DNA from: Eledone cirrhosa
Lineage: Eukaryota
Direction: 5' to 3'
DNA length: 64,000 nucleotides
Assembly: GCA_964016885.1 (NCBI GenBank)
Contig: OZ024757.1
Location: forward strand, 16,926,001-16,990,000
This document shows positions 39,099 to 52,787 of this stretch, piece after piece (the stretch's first letter is position 1; the number at the start of each line of letters is the position of its first letter). The position numbers and the translations under genes are program-made. A model generated the notes under the pieces. It worked only from the letters and a program-made list of their open reading frames with translations. It was not told where the DNA came from and did not search any database.

Positions 39099-41246
39099 CC
39101 CCCCCCCCCCCCCCCCATAAAGGAATCAACAACAACAAAACACTTTTTATTGGAGAGAAAAAAAAAATGTTTTTTTTTTTATTGTAGAAGGGGAAAAAAA
39201 AAACTGGTAACGAACCCAAAATAAAAGATGAAATTATTTTCTGTATGGCAGACATGTCAAATATTGGATTGTTTCAGTTGGTAGAGCAACACAGTGGTTG
39301 CACTTAATTACACATATACAGTCATATAAATATACGGTGGTGTTGGTGGTAGGGCTTGCACGAGCCCCTAGCCAGCTACTGAGCTTTACAACGTTTTTTT
39401 TTTTTTTTAATTTGTACATTTGAAGTTTCGAACGAAAAAGATGAGTGATGGAGGCGAGTGGGGGGAGGGGACATCTCTTTTTTTTATTTTAAGAAATATT
39501 TTTTTTAAATTCCATTTATAGAAATTTTTTTTTTTTATATCGTTCTATTGCCTGAGGAAGAAAGAGAGTAGAGAAAGATGTCAGGATGGTATTTGGTGTT
39601 GACTGAGAAAGAGGGAGAGGTATACAGATAGTTGGGAGATCGTGACCTAGAGAAGGGGCAGTGTGATGTAGTGGTGGTATTTGGTGTGGAATGGAAAAAT
39701 GAAATTTACAGTTTACACCTAGACAGGTTAGCTAGCCCCATATGAGGTTATATCCTATAGAATGTTTCTTGGGAGTTTCAAATAGAGGGGTCCCTGTCAT
39801 ATCATGTTGTTGTTACAGCTCACACCTATACATCTTAGCTGGCCTCATATGAAGCTGTATCTTATGGGTTTCTTGGGAGTTTTAATGAACGGAGCCCCAG
39901 TGCTATCATTTTGTGACAGCTCACACCTAAACAAGTCTAGTTAGCTCCGTATGAGGTTGTGTCCCATAAGGGACATTTTGGATGTTTTAATGATAGGGGC
40001 CCCAATTGTATCGTGTTGCTGTTGTTACAGCTCACACCTATACAGGTTTAGCTGAACTTCTATGAGGTTGCATCTCATAGGTTTCTCTGCTGTTTTAATG
40101 ATAGAGGCTCCAGTCCCATGATGAAAAGCAACAAGAAATGAAGTGTCTTGCTCAAGAACACAATCTGCCAACTGGTCCAGGAATCAAACCCACAACCTTA
40201 TGATTGTGAGTGCAACATTAACCACTAGGTTACACACCTTCACATATATTTAGTGCTGACTGAGAGGGACAATACAGGGTCACATTACATAGAGTTCCAG
40301 CTCTACATTGCCTTCCATGTTTCTACCAATGTGACCCCAGGACCCATAAGAACAAATCCTGAGGCCAAAAGTGGGAGGGACGGGGATGGCCTCATCAAGG
40401 TCACCACAGCCCAATGACTGTAACCTTGTTGGGGAACTATACCAGTGACCCTCAAGGACAGGAGTTTTATGCTTATGTGACCCCATATCAAACCAGTTTC
40501 ATAGGTGCACATAAACATGAAACTCCTGGCCTTCCAGCCACTGGTATAGCTTCACCATCACCAACATGACTATTATCATCACCATCACAAACATGACTAT
40601 CATCATCACCACCACCATCATCACTATCATCATCACCACCACCATCATCATCATCATCCCAGTTTTCCATGATTGCATAGGTTAGCTCCACAGCTATAAT
40701 ATAATTATACATCAATCCCCCCAAGTATATATATATATATATACACACGTGTGTTGTGTGTGTCTGAGTACCATGTAAACATAGAGAGACACTGCAGAGT
40801 AACAAACAGGCCACTGACTTAATAAAACTATTAACGTCTAATATGGCAATATAGAGTAATCTTTCTCATTCATGACTGCAAATATTAAGCAGCTATACAC
40901 TTATGTTGTATATATATATATCTATAGGATATACAATATGTGTATAACATATATACACACACGCACACACACACACACATACATACATATATGTATGAGG
41001 GAGAGAGAGATAGATGGGGCCAGGGACAACTTCCTGTATGTCCTATCCACATCCTTTATTCTGAGCAAAACAAACATTTGTTTATGGGGTCGGGGGTAGG
41101 GGTAGGAGATGAAACAATAAAAAAATGTTTCTTTGATTAAAGCAAAATTTTTGTAGACAAAAACAAAGAATTTTTGTCAACGAATTGGTGGGGAAAGTGG
41201 AGGAAGGAGTTCACAAAGTCACCATCGTCATTATATAAAGCATTAA

Positions 41247-41454
41247 CCCTTTAACATTTAAACCGGCCATATCAACCCAGAATTCTCTCACATCTTTCTG
41301 TTCAAACCAACTGGAATTGGCCGCTCATACTGATGTTAAGGTATTGTTCTCAAAATAAATAATATAAAAATTTCATAGATTTAATATTATATGAGATAAA
41401 GCCTTTACCATGAAAATATAATAGTATATATAGAGTAATGTAAATGCTAAAGGG
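41247..41454. mobile_element. piggyBac-type MITE with TTAA target duplication
   Basis: TTAA|CCCTTTAACATTTA...TAAATGCTAAAGGG|TTAA; related copies at 46903-47111 (inverted) and ~29435-29611 (partial). Confidence 0.78.
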
Positions 41455-42044
41455 TTAAGCCCACTTGCAACCATCTTGGTTTTATGACTAAAAACAATTC
41501 TTGTTTCGAAGTGTTATATAACCCCACCAGCCCACCCCCATGAATAATTTTACCTAAGAAACATTGGATATATTTATAATTTAATCCCCTTTCGATATCA
41601 AATGGACTGAAACAGTTCCTGATTCTATTCAGCTAAAAGACTTTCATCATAATTTTATGTTAGATCCTTTGTTAAGTTATGTTCCAAGCATAATAATTCT
41701 TTCTAACATTGACACAAGACCATCAATTTGAGGAAAGAGGAAATATTGATCATATCAAACCAGTTACATTTGGTGTCCTACTTAAATTTTATCAATAAAG
41801 GTAAGTTATCTGTGATTATTGAACATAATTCCAGTCTCTAATTAATAAATAATGGTTATTTATCTAATTAATTAATTAATCTAAAAACGATTTGATAATT
41901 ATTAACTTCCTTGGAACGGTTTTACATCAAATTGTGGTGGGGGTGGGGTTCTCTGAAAATGTTTTGTTGACAAGTGACACACGCCCACTAAAGCCAGTTC
42001 TGCCTGAAGACATGCCCACTAGTCAGCTCTGCCTGACAAAACAT

Positions 42045-42305
42045 TCCCATTATAATCAGCTCTGCCTGATAAACACGGCCACTACAGCCAGCTGACAGAT
42101 AGACACACCCACTGTGGCCAGTGCTGTCCGGCAGACACGCCCACTGTAGCCAGTGCTGTCTGGCAGACACGCCCACTGTAGCCAGTGCTGTCTGGCAGAT
42201 ACGCCCACTGTGGCCAGTGCTGTCTGACAGGCACGCCCACTACAGCCAGTTCTACCTGAGAGATACAGCCAATTAGAAAGACCACACAGACACCCACTAC
42301 AGCCA
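42045..42305. repeat. 32-bp tandem repeat downstream of the EHMT stop codon (probable 3' UTR)
   Basis: GGCAGACACGCCCACTGTAGCCAGTGCTGTCT repeated four times, with diverged flanking units. Confidence 0.85.
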
Positions 42306-42710
42306 AATAGAAGGAGATTTGACAGCATAGACAGACACACAGACATATGAAGTGAATAGAAATATGAAATATATACTTTAAAATCTTCCCAGCCTTAATG
42401 TCTCAAATAGTGTTAGTGGGTTGTTATATACACCTCAACACATTTATACACATGTGTGTATGTATATATATGTATATATATATATATATATATACATATG
42501 TATATACATGTGTCTATATATATATACACAATTGTCTAAATATATATATATATATATATATAAACATGCATACAGATATATTGGTAACAATGATCACAGT
42601 TGTAATGGTAGCTGTAGTGGTAGTATTCATGGCTGTAGTAGTAGTAGTAACAGTTGTGGTGGTGGTAGTAGTAGTAATATCAGTTAAAAAGATGATTGAA
42701 AGTAAAATAA

Positions 42711-42777
<67 letters not shown>

Positions 42778-43119
42778 AACATAGTAACACATATATACAT
42801 CTGACAGTTGGCTCAACTGTCTATATGTATGTATGCAATATATTTAGACACACACACCACACACGTGTGTACCTAACCCCTCCCCCCCCCCCCTCACACC
42901 TCCAACTCCTACATAGTTTTCTCAATAAGCAATCCAACAGTGAAAGATGCGTGACACTACTGCCCCAGGCAATAGAGAGGAACACCCACCAAAAATTACT
43001 ACAGAGCTCACTTTGTATTCAAACAAATCTTATCAAGGTTGACTTTTGGCATTATCCCTTTAATTAAATTTCAATTGTTTTAGATTTTTGTGTCATTATT
43101 GGTCAACAAAAAGATTTTC

Positions 43120-43442
43120 ACTAACAACCATCATCATTATCATCACCATCATCTTAATCATCATCACTATTATCATCATAATCATCACTGTCATCATTGT
43201 CATCACACTTTACATCATTGTCGTCATCATCACCATCATCATCGTCGTCATCATCATCTTCATCATCGTGATCATCATCATCATCAACCATCAACATCAT
43301 TGTTGTCATCACCATTACCTGTCCACAAATCTGTCTGACCGGTCAACTAAGCTTCTCCTTCTTCTTCTTCATCACCATCATCATCATCATCATTATTATC
43401 ATCATCATCATCATCATCATCATCACATCATCATCATGTTCA
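43120..43442. repeat. Degenerate (CAT)n/(ATG)n microsatellite directly after the EHMT stop codon
   Basis: Visible trinucleotide tract; source of the poly-His and poly-Ile ORFs. Confidence 0.9.
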
Positions 43443-43599
43443 TCATAACTGCTGTGGAGTATCATCTTCACCATGTCGTAGGCGGTACTCCTCTAATGTC
43501 TGTCGGATGGTGTCGGCTGAGTACTTACATTTAGGTGAGCCACAAGCACATGTAAACTGTTTCCACTTGATAACCCAGAATTTCTCACCATAATCAAAT
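43443..43599 (-). CDS. EHMT1: EHMT (G9a/GLP) last coding exon: end of SET and post-SET
   Basis: ttcag| then [51 protein letters not shown]; post-SET CxCxxxxC present; phase matches the previous exon. Confidence 0.95.
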
Positions 43600-44109
43600 C
43601 TGAAACAATAAACATTCAGTAATATAGTAACAGTGTGTACATGTATGTTTATATATATACTAGCGTGTGTAGTGTGTATATTGATATTATACGCAGGTAT
43701 ATATACATGTAGATATCATACATCAAATAAAATCGTAATTGACAATATACAATACATAGAAATTGAACGAAGACTGTGTTACACTGTCTTATGTAATAAG
43801 TAACGGAATCCATGATACATTAACAAATACGATATTATATATAAACTACATTGGGAGAAAATTAGTATGTATATTTAAGCGATGGCCAACCAGAAGTGTT
43901 GACATTTCAGAAATTTTAAAGAAGTGAATCTTTACATAAACAAAATATATTTAATCAACAGCCACGAAATTTAGTAGATAAATATTCATTCATTATTTAT
44001 TCAAAGTAATTCAACTTATTTTACTAATGGGATAAAAAATTATAAACCATACGCAGTCCTGCGCTCCTAGCTTTATTATAGTTTAGATATGTGCATGTAT
44101 GTTTATATA

Positions 44110-44300
44110 TATGTATGATGTGTATGAAGGATGACAGCTGCATAAAAAGGTGCAGAGCACTAGAAGTCGTGGGGAGACCCAAGAAGACCTGGGATGAGGT
44201 GATAAAGGCCGACCATACCCAATTGCACCTCTCAAGGGCAATGACACATGACCGTGACTTCTGGCGTCACGCAGTAATACAGAAGACCCGACCTCCCACA
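44110..44300 (+). mobile_element. RTE-like LINE 3' fragment
   Basis: MKDDSCIKRCRALEVVGRPKKTWDEVIKAD...DRDFWRHAV; homologous to the fragment at 37580-37990. Confidence 0.7.
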
Positions 44301-44424
44301 GGAACAAGCCGAAGCTAAAGCATATCTTTTTCCATTTCTTAGTGGGTTCTAAACCCAACTATCAGGCTAAAATTTCTTTCGTAAAAAATAAGGCGAAAGC
44401 TTCTATTTTCTATTTTATATATAT

Positions 44425-44473
<49 letters not shown>

Positions 44474-44584
44474 CAGTAAAAGTTGTTTTGGTAAAAAAAC
44501 AGGAGTAAGCTCTCTACATTTGTAGTGTGTAGTTACAATGGAGATTCAGTATAAGAATAATATTAAGAAAGATGCTGATATTAC

Positions 44585-44927
44585 ATCATTTCATCATTCA
44601 TCATCATTTCATTTTACGTCCGCTTTTCCCTGCTTGCAAGGGTGGGACGGGAACTGATTCTGGCTTGATTTCTACAGCTGGATGCCCTTCCTAACACCAA
44701 CCTCATTTACAGTGAGTGCTATTTTGTTGTGGCACCTCCACGACCACTTTGCAGTGGAATGATATGGACCCCAGTCCCTATCATCTCATTTCTACAGCTG
44801 AGTAAACTGGAGCAATGTGAAATAAAGTGTCTTGCTCAAGGAAACAACACATCACCCGGTCTGACAATTGAAATCACAACCTTTCGATTGCAAAGCCAAT
44901 GCTCTAACCACTAAGCCATGTGCCTCC
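44585..44927 (-). mobile_element. SINE family A copy
   Basis: Reverse complement of the family consensus, with a small internal deletion. Confidence 0.92.
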
Positions 44928-44934
44928 ATTTATT

Positions 44935-45124
44935 CATTATAATTATTTCAATGGTTCCCTTATGCAATCCAAAATGTAATATATGCATTTGTTGTTGGTA
45001 TGGGAACGATATTTTCAAGTGAAAATCCAATTATGTGATATGCTGCAGGCAAAAACAAACATGTCCCTCTTCTTGTGTGCCGTGCCTGACATTGCCTAAG
45101 GGAACCGTTGAAATAATTATAATG
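44935..45124. mobile_element. MITE-like element with 34-bp terminal inverted repeats
   Basis: CATTATAATTATTTCAATGGTTCCCTTATGCAAT (44935-44968) versus ATTGCCTAAGGGAACCGTTGAAATAATTATAATG (45091-45124), 2 mismatches. Confidence 0.75.
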
Positions 45125-45868
45125 TATTAACAATTTATGTAATATCAGCATCTTTTTAAATATTATTCTTATATATATATATATAACCAAATTAAACATC
45201 ATCATCATCAGCATCGTTTAACGTCCATCTTCCACACTTGCATGGGTTTGGACGGACATATATGTTTATATACAGAGAGAAAGAGCCATATATCGTAAAA
45301 GAAACATGGTATATTGTATATATACCAAATACATATTCTATAGAAGAATATGTACACAGATGGAATCGTAAGTGAAACCTTATAGCGCTATTTCATACCT
45401 GGAGAGTATGGTTAAAAATCGATCTATATAACCAATCATTGAAAAAAAAAAAAAAATTCAATCAATATATTCGATCATCGAGGACAAACTATTGATTATG
45501 ATTAAACCACATGAGACTCAATACTCACCAGAGGTTTAGTCTCACTATTCTAAGGAAAATATAGAATGAGGATGGTAAATAAATCAATATGCACAGCTAA
45601 AGCTAAGTCCAACTCGACCGCCATGCTGAGAAGCACATGGTCAAATGACGTTAAGCCTCTGGTGAATAGATATCCACAAGGTAGACGATAATACCGTTAA
45701 GAAAAGGATCGGTGATTAAGCCACCAAGCTCAACAAGTAAAGAGGAGAGGTTTGGAGCCATTAAATACCAATGATGAATCAAAACATATCAAATATGTTT
45801 TATATATATATGTGTGAAGAACAACAAAATCTATCTATATATATATATGTGTGTGTGTGTATACGTAC

Positions 45869-46044
45869 CCCATTTCTTCTCCGGCTTTGATATCCCGGGA
45901 TGCAAAGAAACATATACGTGGAAATCTGATATCTTGGTGATCAACAAACACTTTTACTGGGATCACATTCGGTTCACATAGATGATTGATAAAACGGCTG
46001 ATGTTACCATAGCGACGGGCATCGATACAATATGTCTCACCATC
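45869..46044 (-). CDS. EHMT1: EHMT exon, SET catalytic core
   Basis: [59 protein letters not shown]; [10 protein letters not shown] is the G9a/GLP form of the SET motif; AG/GT boundaries. Confidence 0.97.
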
Positions 46045-46129
46045 CTGTAGAGAGAGAGAGAAAGAGAGTGAGGTTATGGTATGACTAATGGTAAACAATT
46101 CTGGTTTATCCAGTTAAGACATTTAAATA

Positions 46130-46313
46130 CAAGGGTCGGCTGAAAAGTTCATAGGCTGACTATGAAGCTGTGAAATCTTGTATGCATTAATTTCAACTCT
46201 TTTCATTAATAACTGCATTGTTTCTTTCCAGGGACTGTGTTGAAAAACGAACTTCATTTTGTCATTCTATGAGAGAATCTTGGTCAGCCTATGAACCTTT
46301 CAGCTGACCCTCA
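46130..46313. mobile_element. Mariner-type MITE, ~31-bp TIRs, TA target duplication
   Basis: TA|CAAGGGTCGGCTGAAAAGTTCATAGGCTGAC...GTCAGCCTATGAACCTTTCAGCTGACCCTCA|TA. Confidence 0.85.
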
Positions 46314-46902
46314 TATACTAAATTCAATGTTGTAAAACTGTCAGGTTGTCTTCATATAAGGGCCTATGCAGCTGTATAGTGGGCTAGAGATATCATCATT
46401 TAACGTCCGTTGTCCTTCACAACAAGAGTTGCCACAGTGCAAGTCAGTATTTAATCGGAGCTACTGACCTCTCGTGAGCCAGGGGCTACATCTCATATAC
46501 ATTCTCACAATTTACAGAGTGCACTGGGAGCATTTCATGTCCCCCCCCCCCCCCAAGCACTGAGGCGATTGTCATATCTTAAGAATCCTATTGACCTTTT
46601 AACAACCACTTGACAGAGTGCACTGCGTGCATTTCATCATGTCCCAAGCACTAGGGAGGTTGTCATGCTTTAAACCCAACTGAAAAGTCCTCTCGACTAC
46701 TTATTTGACAAGTTTTTTTTATGGCTGGATACCATTCCTATTATTAAACACTTTACAGAGGCTACTTGCTACATTTTATTGTGGCACTAGCACTAGGGAG
46801 ATTGTCATGTTTTTGACAACTGAAGAATCCTGAAGATATGAGGTTACATTTCCATCATATATCACATAAATATAAGTTGAAGTTTGCCACAAAATATTTG
46901 AA

Positions 46903-47111
46903 CCCTTTAGCATTTACATTACTCTATATATACTATTGTATTTTTGTAGTAAAGGCTTTATTTTAGATAATAGTGAATCTACGAGATTTTGATGCTCTTT
47001 ATTTTGAGAACCAATACTTTAACATCAGTATGAGTGGCCAGTTACAGCCAGTTTGAACAGAAAGAGGTGAGAGAATTCTGGCCGGATATGGCCAGTTTAA
47101 ATGCTAAATGG
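46903..47111. mobile_element. piggyBac-type MITE (inverted paralog of 41247-41454)
   Basis: TGAA|CCCTTTAGCATTTAC...TAAATGCTAAATGG|TTAA. Confidence 0.72.
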
Positions 47112-47432
47112 TTAAGCAGGTGGAGAACTTCAAGTATTTCAAGGCCATGTTCACGAGTGATGTAAAGCAGGAGGCTGAATTAAGTGCAAGAAATATAGGA
47201 GCTGGTACAGTAATGACCCAGCTTCAGCATTCGGTAATTAGTATGCATGACAGCCATTACCTAGAGTCATGAATCTTGGGAAATGACCGAAAGAATATGA
47301 GTGCGAATACAAGCGGCCAAAATGGGGTTCTTTCAAAGTGTTTTTGGAGTAATGTTATTCGATAAAATTCGTAGCTCGGAGACCAGAGAGTCTCCAGATA
47401 GAGCTGCTACTTCTCCGAATTGAGAGATCAGT
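47112..47432 (+). mobile_element. RTE LINE internal fragment
   Basis: KQVENFKYFKAMFTSD...HESWEMTERI*VRIQAAKMGFFQSV...DKIRSSETRE. Confidence 0.72.
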
Positions 47433-47674
47433 TGGGCACTTTCTCTGCGTACACAATTTTCCTTGTTGTTTGTTGTTCACGTCTTATGAATATAACAAAA
47501 TGTTAATTCCAGTGTTTCCGGAATGAAATACCAATTAATAAATAATATATAAATGTGGCGGGAGTTTTTATTCTTCTTCTATAACCCTAGCAGTGTGATC
47601 GGGGAAAATCACTTTCCCACAATATAAAACACATTCGCTTTCCACTTATGTACATATTGGTTAAATATCACAAT

Positions 47675-48018
47675 GGAGGCACATGGTTTAGTGGTTAGAG
47701 CATTGGCCTTGCAATCGAAAGGTTGTGAGTTCAATTCTCAGACAGGGTGATGTGTTGTTTCCTTGAGCAAGACACTTTATTTCACATTGCTCCAGTTTAC
47801 TCAGCTGTAGAAATGAGATGATAGGGACTGGGGTCCCTATCATTCCACTGCAAAGTGGTCGTGGAGGTGCCACGGCAAAAAAGCACCCAGCACTCACTGT
47901 AAATGAGGTTGGTGTTAGGAAGGGCATCCAGCTGTAGAAATCAAGCCAGAATCAGTTCCCGTCCCACCCCTGCAAGCAGGGAAAAAGCGGACGTAAAATG
48001 AAATGATGATGATGATGA
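47675..48018 (+). mobile_element. SINE family A copy with target-site duplication
   Basis: Full-length consensus flanked by ATCACAAT on both sides. Confidence 0.93.
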
Positions 48019-48129
48019 TCACAATTATATACAACCAATACGAATCATCATCATTCATGCTTCTACTACGGTAAGAAGTTCAAATCACAATCACTACACA
48101 CAAAAGTCTTCGCTACATGTGTGCCTTAC

Positions 48130-48208
48130 CTTATTATCCAGATCAAAAAGATAAGAGTCATCTTCTCTACGATCAGCTTCTGAATCTGAGATCAACTCTC
48201 CAATGTAC
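48130..48208 (-). CDS. EHMT1: EHMT exon, SET
   Basis: [26 protein letters not shown]; acag| and |gtaagg; 79 nt, phase-consistent. Confidence 0.96.
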
Positions 48209-48214
48209 CTGTAA

Positions 48215-48843
48215 TAGAGAGAGAGAGGAGTGTAGTGGTGAGAGAGGGAGAGAGAAGTGTGGTGTGAGACAGAGAGAGGGGTGGTGTGGTGTGAGAGAGA
48301 GAGAAGGGTGGTGTGGTAGAGAGAAGTGTGGTGTGAGAGAGAGAGAAGGGTGGTGTGGTAGAGAGAGAGAGAGGTGTGGTAGAGAGAGCGGAGTGTAGTG
48401 GTGTGGTGTAGTAGAGAGAGAGGAGTGGTGTGGTGTAGTAGAGAGAGAGAGAGGTGTGGTGTAGAGGAGAGAGAGGAGTGTAGTGGTGTGGTGTAGTAGA
48501 GAGAGAGGAGTGGTGTGGTGTAGTAGAGAGAGAGAGAGGTGTGGTGTGGTAGAGAGAGAGGAGTGTAGTGGTGTGGTGTAGTAGAGAGAGAGGAGTGTAG
48601 TGATGTGGTGTGATAGAGAGAGTAGTGTGACTAGACAGACTGTAGTGTGACTGTAGAGAAACTGGAGTGTGACTGTAGAGAGACTGGAGTGTGACTGTAG
48701 AGAAACTGGAGTGTGACTGTAGAGAAACTGGAGTGTGACTGTAGAGAGACTGGAGTATGACTGTTGAGAGACTGGAGTGTGACTGTAGAGAGACTGGAGT
48801 GTGACTGTAGAGAAACTGGAGTGTGACTGTATGTAGAGAGAGA
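48215..48843. repeat. Intronic GA/GT-rich simple repeats and a 22-bp minisatellite
   Basis: GTGGTGTGGTGTAGTAGAGAGAGA-type units, then AGAGAAACTGGAGTGTGACTGT about 8 times. Confidence 0.9.
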
Positions 48844-48865
48844 GACGTAAGAACCAATAACTTAC

Positions 48866-48952
48866 TCGCAAATGAAGACACCCTGAGGGATGTCACGTAA
48901 AGTCTTCACACCCCAACCTCTTCCTTTAGTTTTAAATAGTTGCAGACGACAC
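48866..48952 (-). CDS. EHMT1: EHMT exon, start of SET
   Basis: [29 protein letters not shown]; ccag| and |gtaagt; 87 nt. Confidence 0.96.
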
Positions 48953-49175
48953 CTGGAAAATAGACCAACGCATATTACTGGTATTGAGAGAGACAGCCAG
49001 GGAGAGGATCAAGTAGAGAAAGAAACAGTAAAAGACAATGAGGGAGAGAGAGAGAATGATAAGAGAAATCATAGACAGGAGTGATTGAGAGAAAGGAGGG
49101 GTAAGGAGAACTGTAGGGTGAAAGTGATTATAGGAGTTAGTAGACTTACACTGTGTAAAGTAAGTGATTAGATAG

Positions 49176-50322
49176 GGAGTTGTGACTTCAACTGTGACTA
49201 TAACGAAGTTGTGACTTCAACTGTGACTATAAAGGAGTTGTGACTTCAACTGTGACTATAAAGGAGTTGTGACTTCAACTGTGATTATAAAGGAGTTGTG
49301 ACTTCAACTGTGACTATAACGAAGCTGTGACTTCAACTGTGATTATAAAGGAGTTGTGACTTCAACTGTGACTATAACGAAGTTGTGACTTCAACTATGA
49401 TTATAACGAAGTTGTGACTTCAACTGTGATTATAAAGGAGTTGTGACTTCAACTGTGATTATAAAGGAGTTGTGACTTCAACTGTGATTATAAAGGAGTT
49501 GTGACTTCAACTGTGATTATAAAGGAGTTGTGACTTCAACTGTGACTATAACGAAGTTGTGACTTCAACTGTGACTATAAAGGAGTTGTGACTTCAACTG
49601 TGATTATAAAGGAGTTGTGACTTCAACTGTGACTATAACGAAGCTGTGACTTCAACTGTGATTATAAAGGAGTTGTGACTTCAACTGTGACTATAACGAA
49701 GTTGTGACTTCAACTATGATTATAACGAAGTTGTGACTTCAACTGTGATTATAAAGGAGTTGTGACTTCAACTGTGATTATAAAGGAGTTGTGACTTCAA
49801 CTGTGATTATAAAGGAGTTGTGACTTCAACTGTGACTATAACGAAGCTGTGACTTCAACTGTGATTATAAAGGAGTTGTGACTTCAACTGTGACTATAAC
49901 GAAGCTGTGACTTCAACTGTGATTATAAAGGAGTTGTGACTTCAACTGTGACTATAACGAAGTTGTGACTTCAACTGTGATTATAAAGGAGTTGTGACTT
50001 CAACTGTGACTATAACGAAGTTGTGACTTCAACTGTGATTATAAAGGAGTTGTGACTTCAACTGTGACTATAAAGGAGTTGTGACTTCAACTGTGACTAT
50101 AACGAAGTTGTGACTTCAACTGTGATTATAAAGGAGTTGTGACTTCAACTGTGACTATAACGAAGCTGTGACTTCAACTGTGATTATAAAGGAGTTGTGA
50201 CTTCAACTGTGATTATAACGAAGCTGTGACTTCAACTGTGACTATAACGAAGCTGTGACTTCAACTGTGATTATAAAGGAGTTGTGACTTCAACTGTGAC
50301 TATAACGAAGCTGTGACTATAA
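49176..50322. repeat. 29-bp minisatellite, ~39 copies
   Basis: GGAGTTGTGACTTCAACTGTGACTATAAA variants; period 29 (49182, 49211 and onward). Confidence 0.96.
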
Positions 50323-50338
50323 AAAAGTTGTTACTTAC

Positions 50339-50454
50339 ACAATGCCATTTTGTACGACCCTGTTGTTACATGTGGTCCAACATCGGCAGTTTCTATTGCA
50401 CTCAAATATATAGGGTGGTTCAAGTTGGTTAAACTCTTGGACAAGACGACCCAT
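50339..50454 (-). CDS. EHMT1: EHMT exon, pre-SET
   Basis: [39 protein letters not shown]; ttcag| and |gtaagt; 116 nt. Confidence 0.96.
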
Positions 50455-50761
50455 CTGAAATAGAACACAAAATATTGATTGGTGGCATCCTCTAATGATG
50501 TAGCAGGAAAATATCTAAAAATAGCTTTGTCAATTCTAATGTTTACAGATCATTGTGAAAATGTGTGTGTCATCATCATCACCACCGTTTAGCGTCCATT
50601 TTTCCAAGTTTGCATGGGTTAGACAGGTCATCCACTCGGGGAGGCAAGTCTGGCCAGAGTTGGCCACACTGTACTTTGCCCCAACGAGAACTGTAAATTT
50701 GGCTGGGTATTTTACAGCTGGATGCCCTTCCTAACACCAACCACAATTACAGTGTGGAGTA

Positions 50762-51107
50762 TTCATTCATTTCATTTCATTTCATTTTACGTCCGCTTTT
50801 TCCCTGCTTGCAAGGGTGGGACGGGAACTGATTCTGGCTTGATTTCTACAGCTGGATGCCCTTCCTAACACCAACCTCATTTACAGTGAGTGCTGGGTGC
50901 TTTTTTGCCGTGGCGCCTACACGTCCACTTTGCAGTGGAATTATAGGGACCCCAGTCCCTATCATCTCATTTCTACAGCTGAGTAAACTGGAGCAATGTG
51001 AAATAAAGTGTCTTGCTCAAGGAAACAACACATCACCCGGTCTGAGAATTGAACTCACAACCTTTCGATTGCAAGGCCAATGCTCTAACCACTAAGCCAT
51101 GTGCCTC
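50762..51107 (-). mobile_element. SINE family A copy
   Basis: Reverse complement of the family consensus. Confidence 0.92.
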
Positions 51108-52066
51108 ATGTATATATATATATGACATGTATATATATATATGACATGCTTTATAGCTGTGTGCTCTCCCTCACGCCACTAACCCTTTTAGTTACCTCTT
51201 ACAACACACCAAGATATGGTGTATCTATTCTAAAACAAGGTTACACATGGCAATATACATATGTATATCCACACATATATATTTACAAGAAACATATATC
51301 ATCCTCATCATCGTTTTTACGTCCATTTTCCAACGTTTGTATAGGTTACACGGGTCTTTTGCAGCACAGCATCTCTCCACGTTCACATACACATAAAACA
51401 ATTGCTTATGATTTATGAAGAAAAAATTTTGACGTTGGTGCTACCACCACCCTCTCTCTCACTCCTACCATTCACATTCCAGCATGACAGACGTTTTACA
51501 CGAAATATGCAACAGCTTTAATATAGTAATAATACTAGTTTCTTCATTAACCATAAAATGTTCACATGGAGAAAACATTAAGGACAAAACATTGGGTGTG
51601 TGGAGGGGAGTGTAAACAGTAGAGATAACTAAAACAAGAAGAAAGGTAACAATAAAATTATAACAAAGAAAATAATGGTTTCAGATTTAGGAACAAGGCC
51701 AGCAATTTTTGGGGGGAGAGGAAAGTCAATTAAATCGACCCCAGTGTGTTACAGGTACTTTATTTTATTTACTCTGTAAGGATCAAAGGCAAATCTAACC
51801 TCACCGGAATTTGAACTCAGAATATAAAGGGACACAACTCTATGCTGTAAAGCATGGTTTCCGACACTAACAATACTACCAATCCACTAATAAAAAATGT
51901 TTCTGATTTAGGCACCATGCCAACCATTTTTTAGGGGAGGGGAACTTACTGGTACTTTATTTTATCGACTCCGAAAGGATGAAAAGGCCATAACTCTATG
52001 CCGTTAAGCAGGGTGTCCGACGCTCTACCAATTCTGCAAATCAATAATAACAACAATAATTCTTAC

Positions 52067-52144
52067 CTGATCGTACCAACATTGGACACTATTTCTGCTA
52101 CACACACATAACATTGAAGAACAACTATCTTGGCAGTTACAACT
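52067..52144 (-). CDS. EHMT1: EHMT exon, pre-SET cysteine cluster
   Basis: SCNCQDSCSSMLCVCSRNSVQCWYDQ; ttcag| and |gtaaga; 78 nt. Confidence 0.95.
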
Positions 52145-52179
52145 CTGAAGAAAGGAAAACAGCAAATATTTAAATAATG

Positions 52180-52199
52180 TATATATATATACACTCACT

Positions 52200-52269
<70 letters not shown>

Positions 52270-52348
52270 TACACACAAACACATATATATACACACACAT
52301 ATATACATACACACACATATATATACACACACACACATATATATACAT

Positions 52349-52379
<31 letters not shown>

Positions 52380-52656
52380 CACACACACATACATACATAT
52401 TCAGACATACATATATATATATATACACACACAAACATATATATATACACACATATATATACACACATATATACATACACACACACACACACACATATAT
52501 ATACACACACACATATATATACACACACACATATATATATACACACACACACACATATATATACACACACACACACATATATATATACACACACACACAC
52601 ATATATATATACACACATCCACACACATATATATATATATATATATACATACATAC
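52180..52656. repeat. Compound (TA)n/(CA)n microsatellite
   Basis: Directly visible; source of the Y/I/H/T and C/V/Y ORFs. Confidence 0.95.
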
Positions 52657-52787
52657 AATTAAACAAATAATTAAACACGTTTACATATGTACCTACACAC
52701 ACACACATACACATATATACATACATACAAAAACAAATACTTAAGCACATACATTTACATAGGTACTTACACATGCCCAAATATGTA

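Noticed and set aside
48173-48896. 232-aa and 234-aa ORFs
   Set aside because: Low-complexity translation of intronic simple repeats between two real EHMT exons.
52170-52780. Overlapping ORFs of 74-193 aa (likewise 42398-43534)
   Set aside because: Translations of (TA)/(CA) or (CAT) microsatellites.
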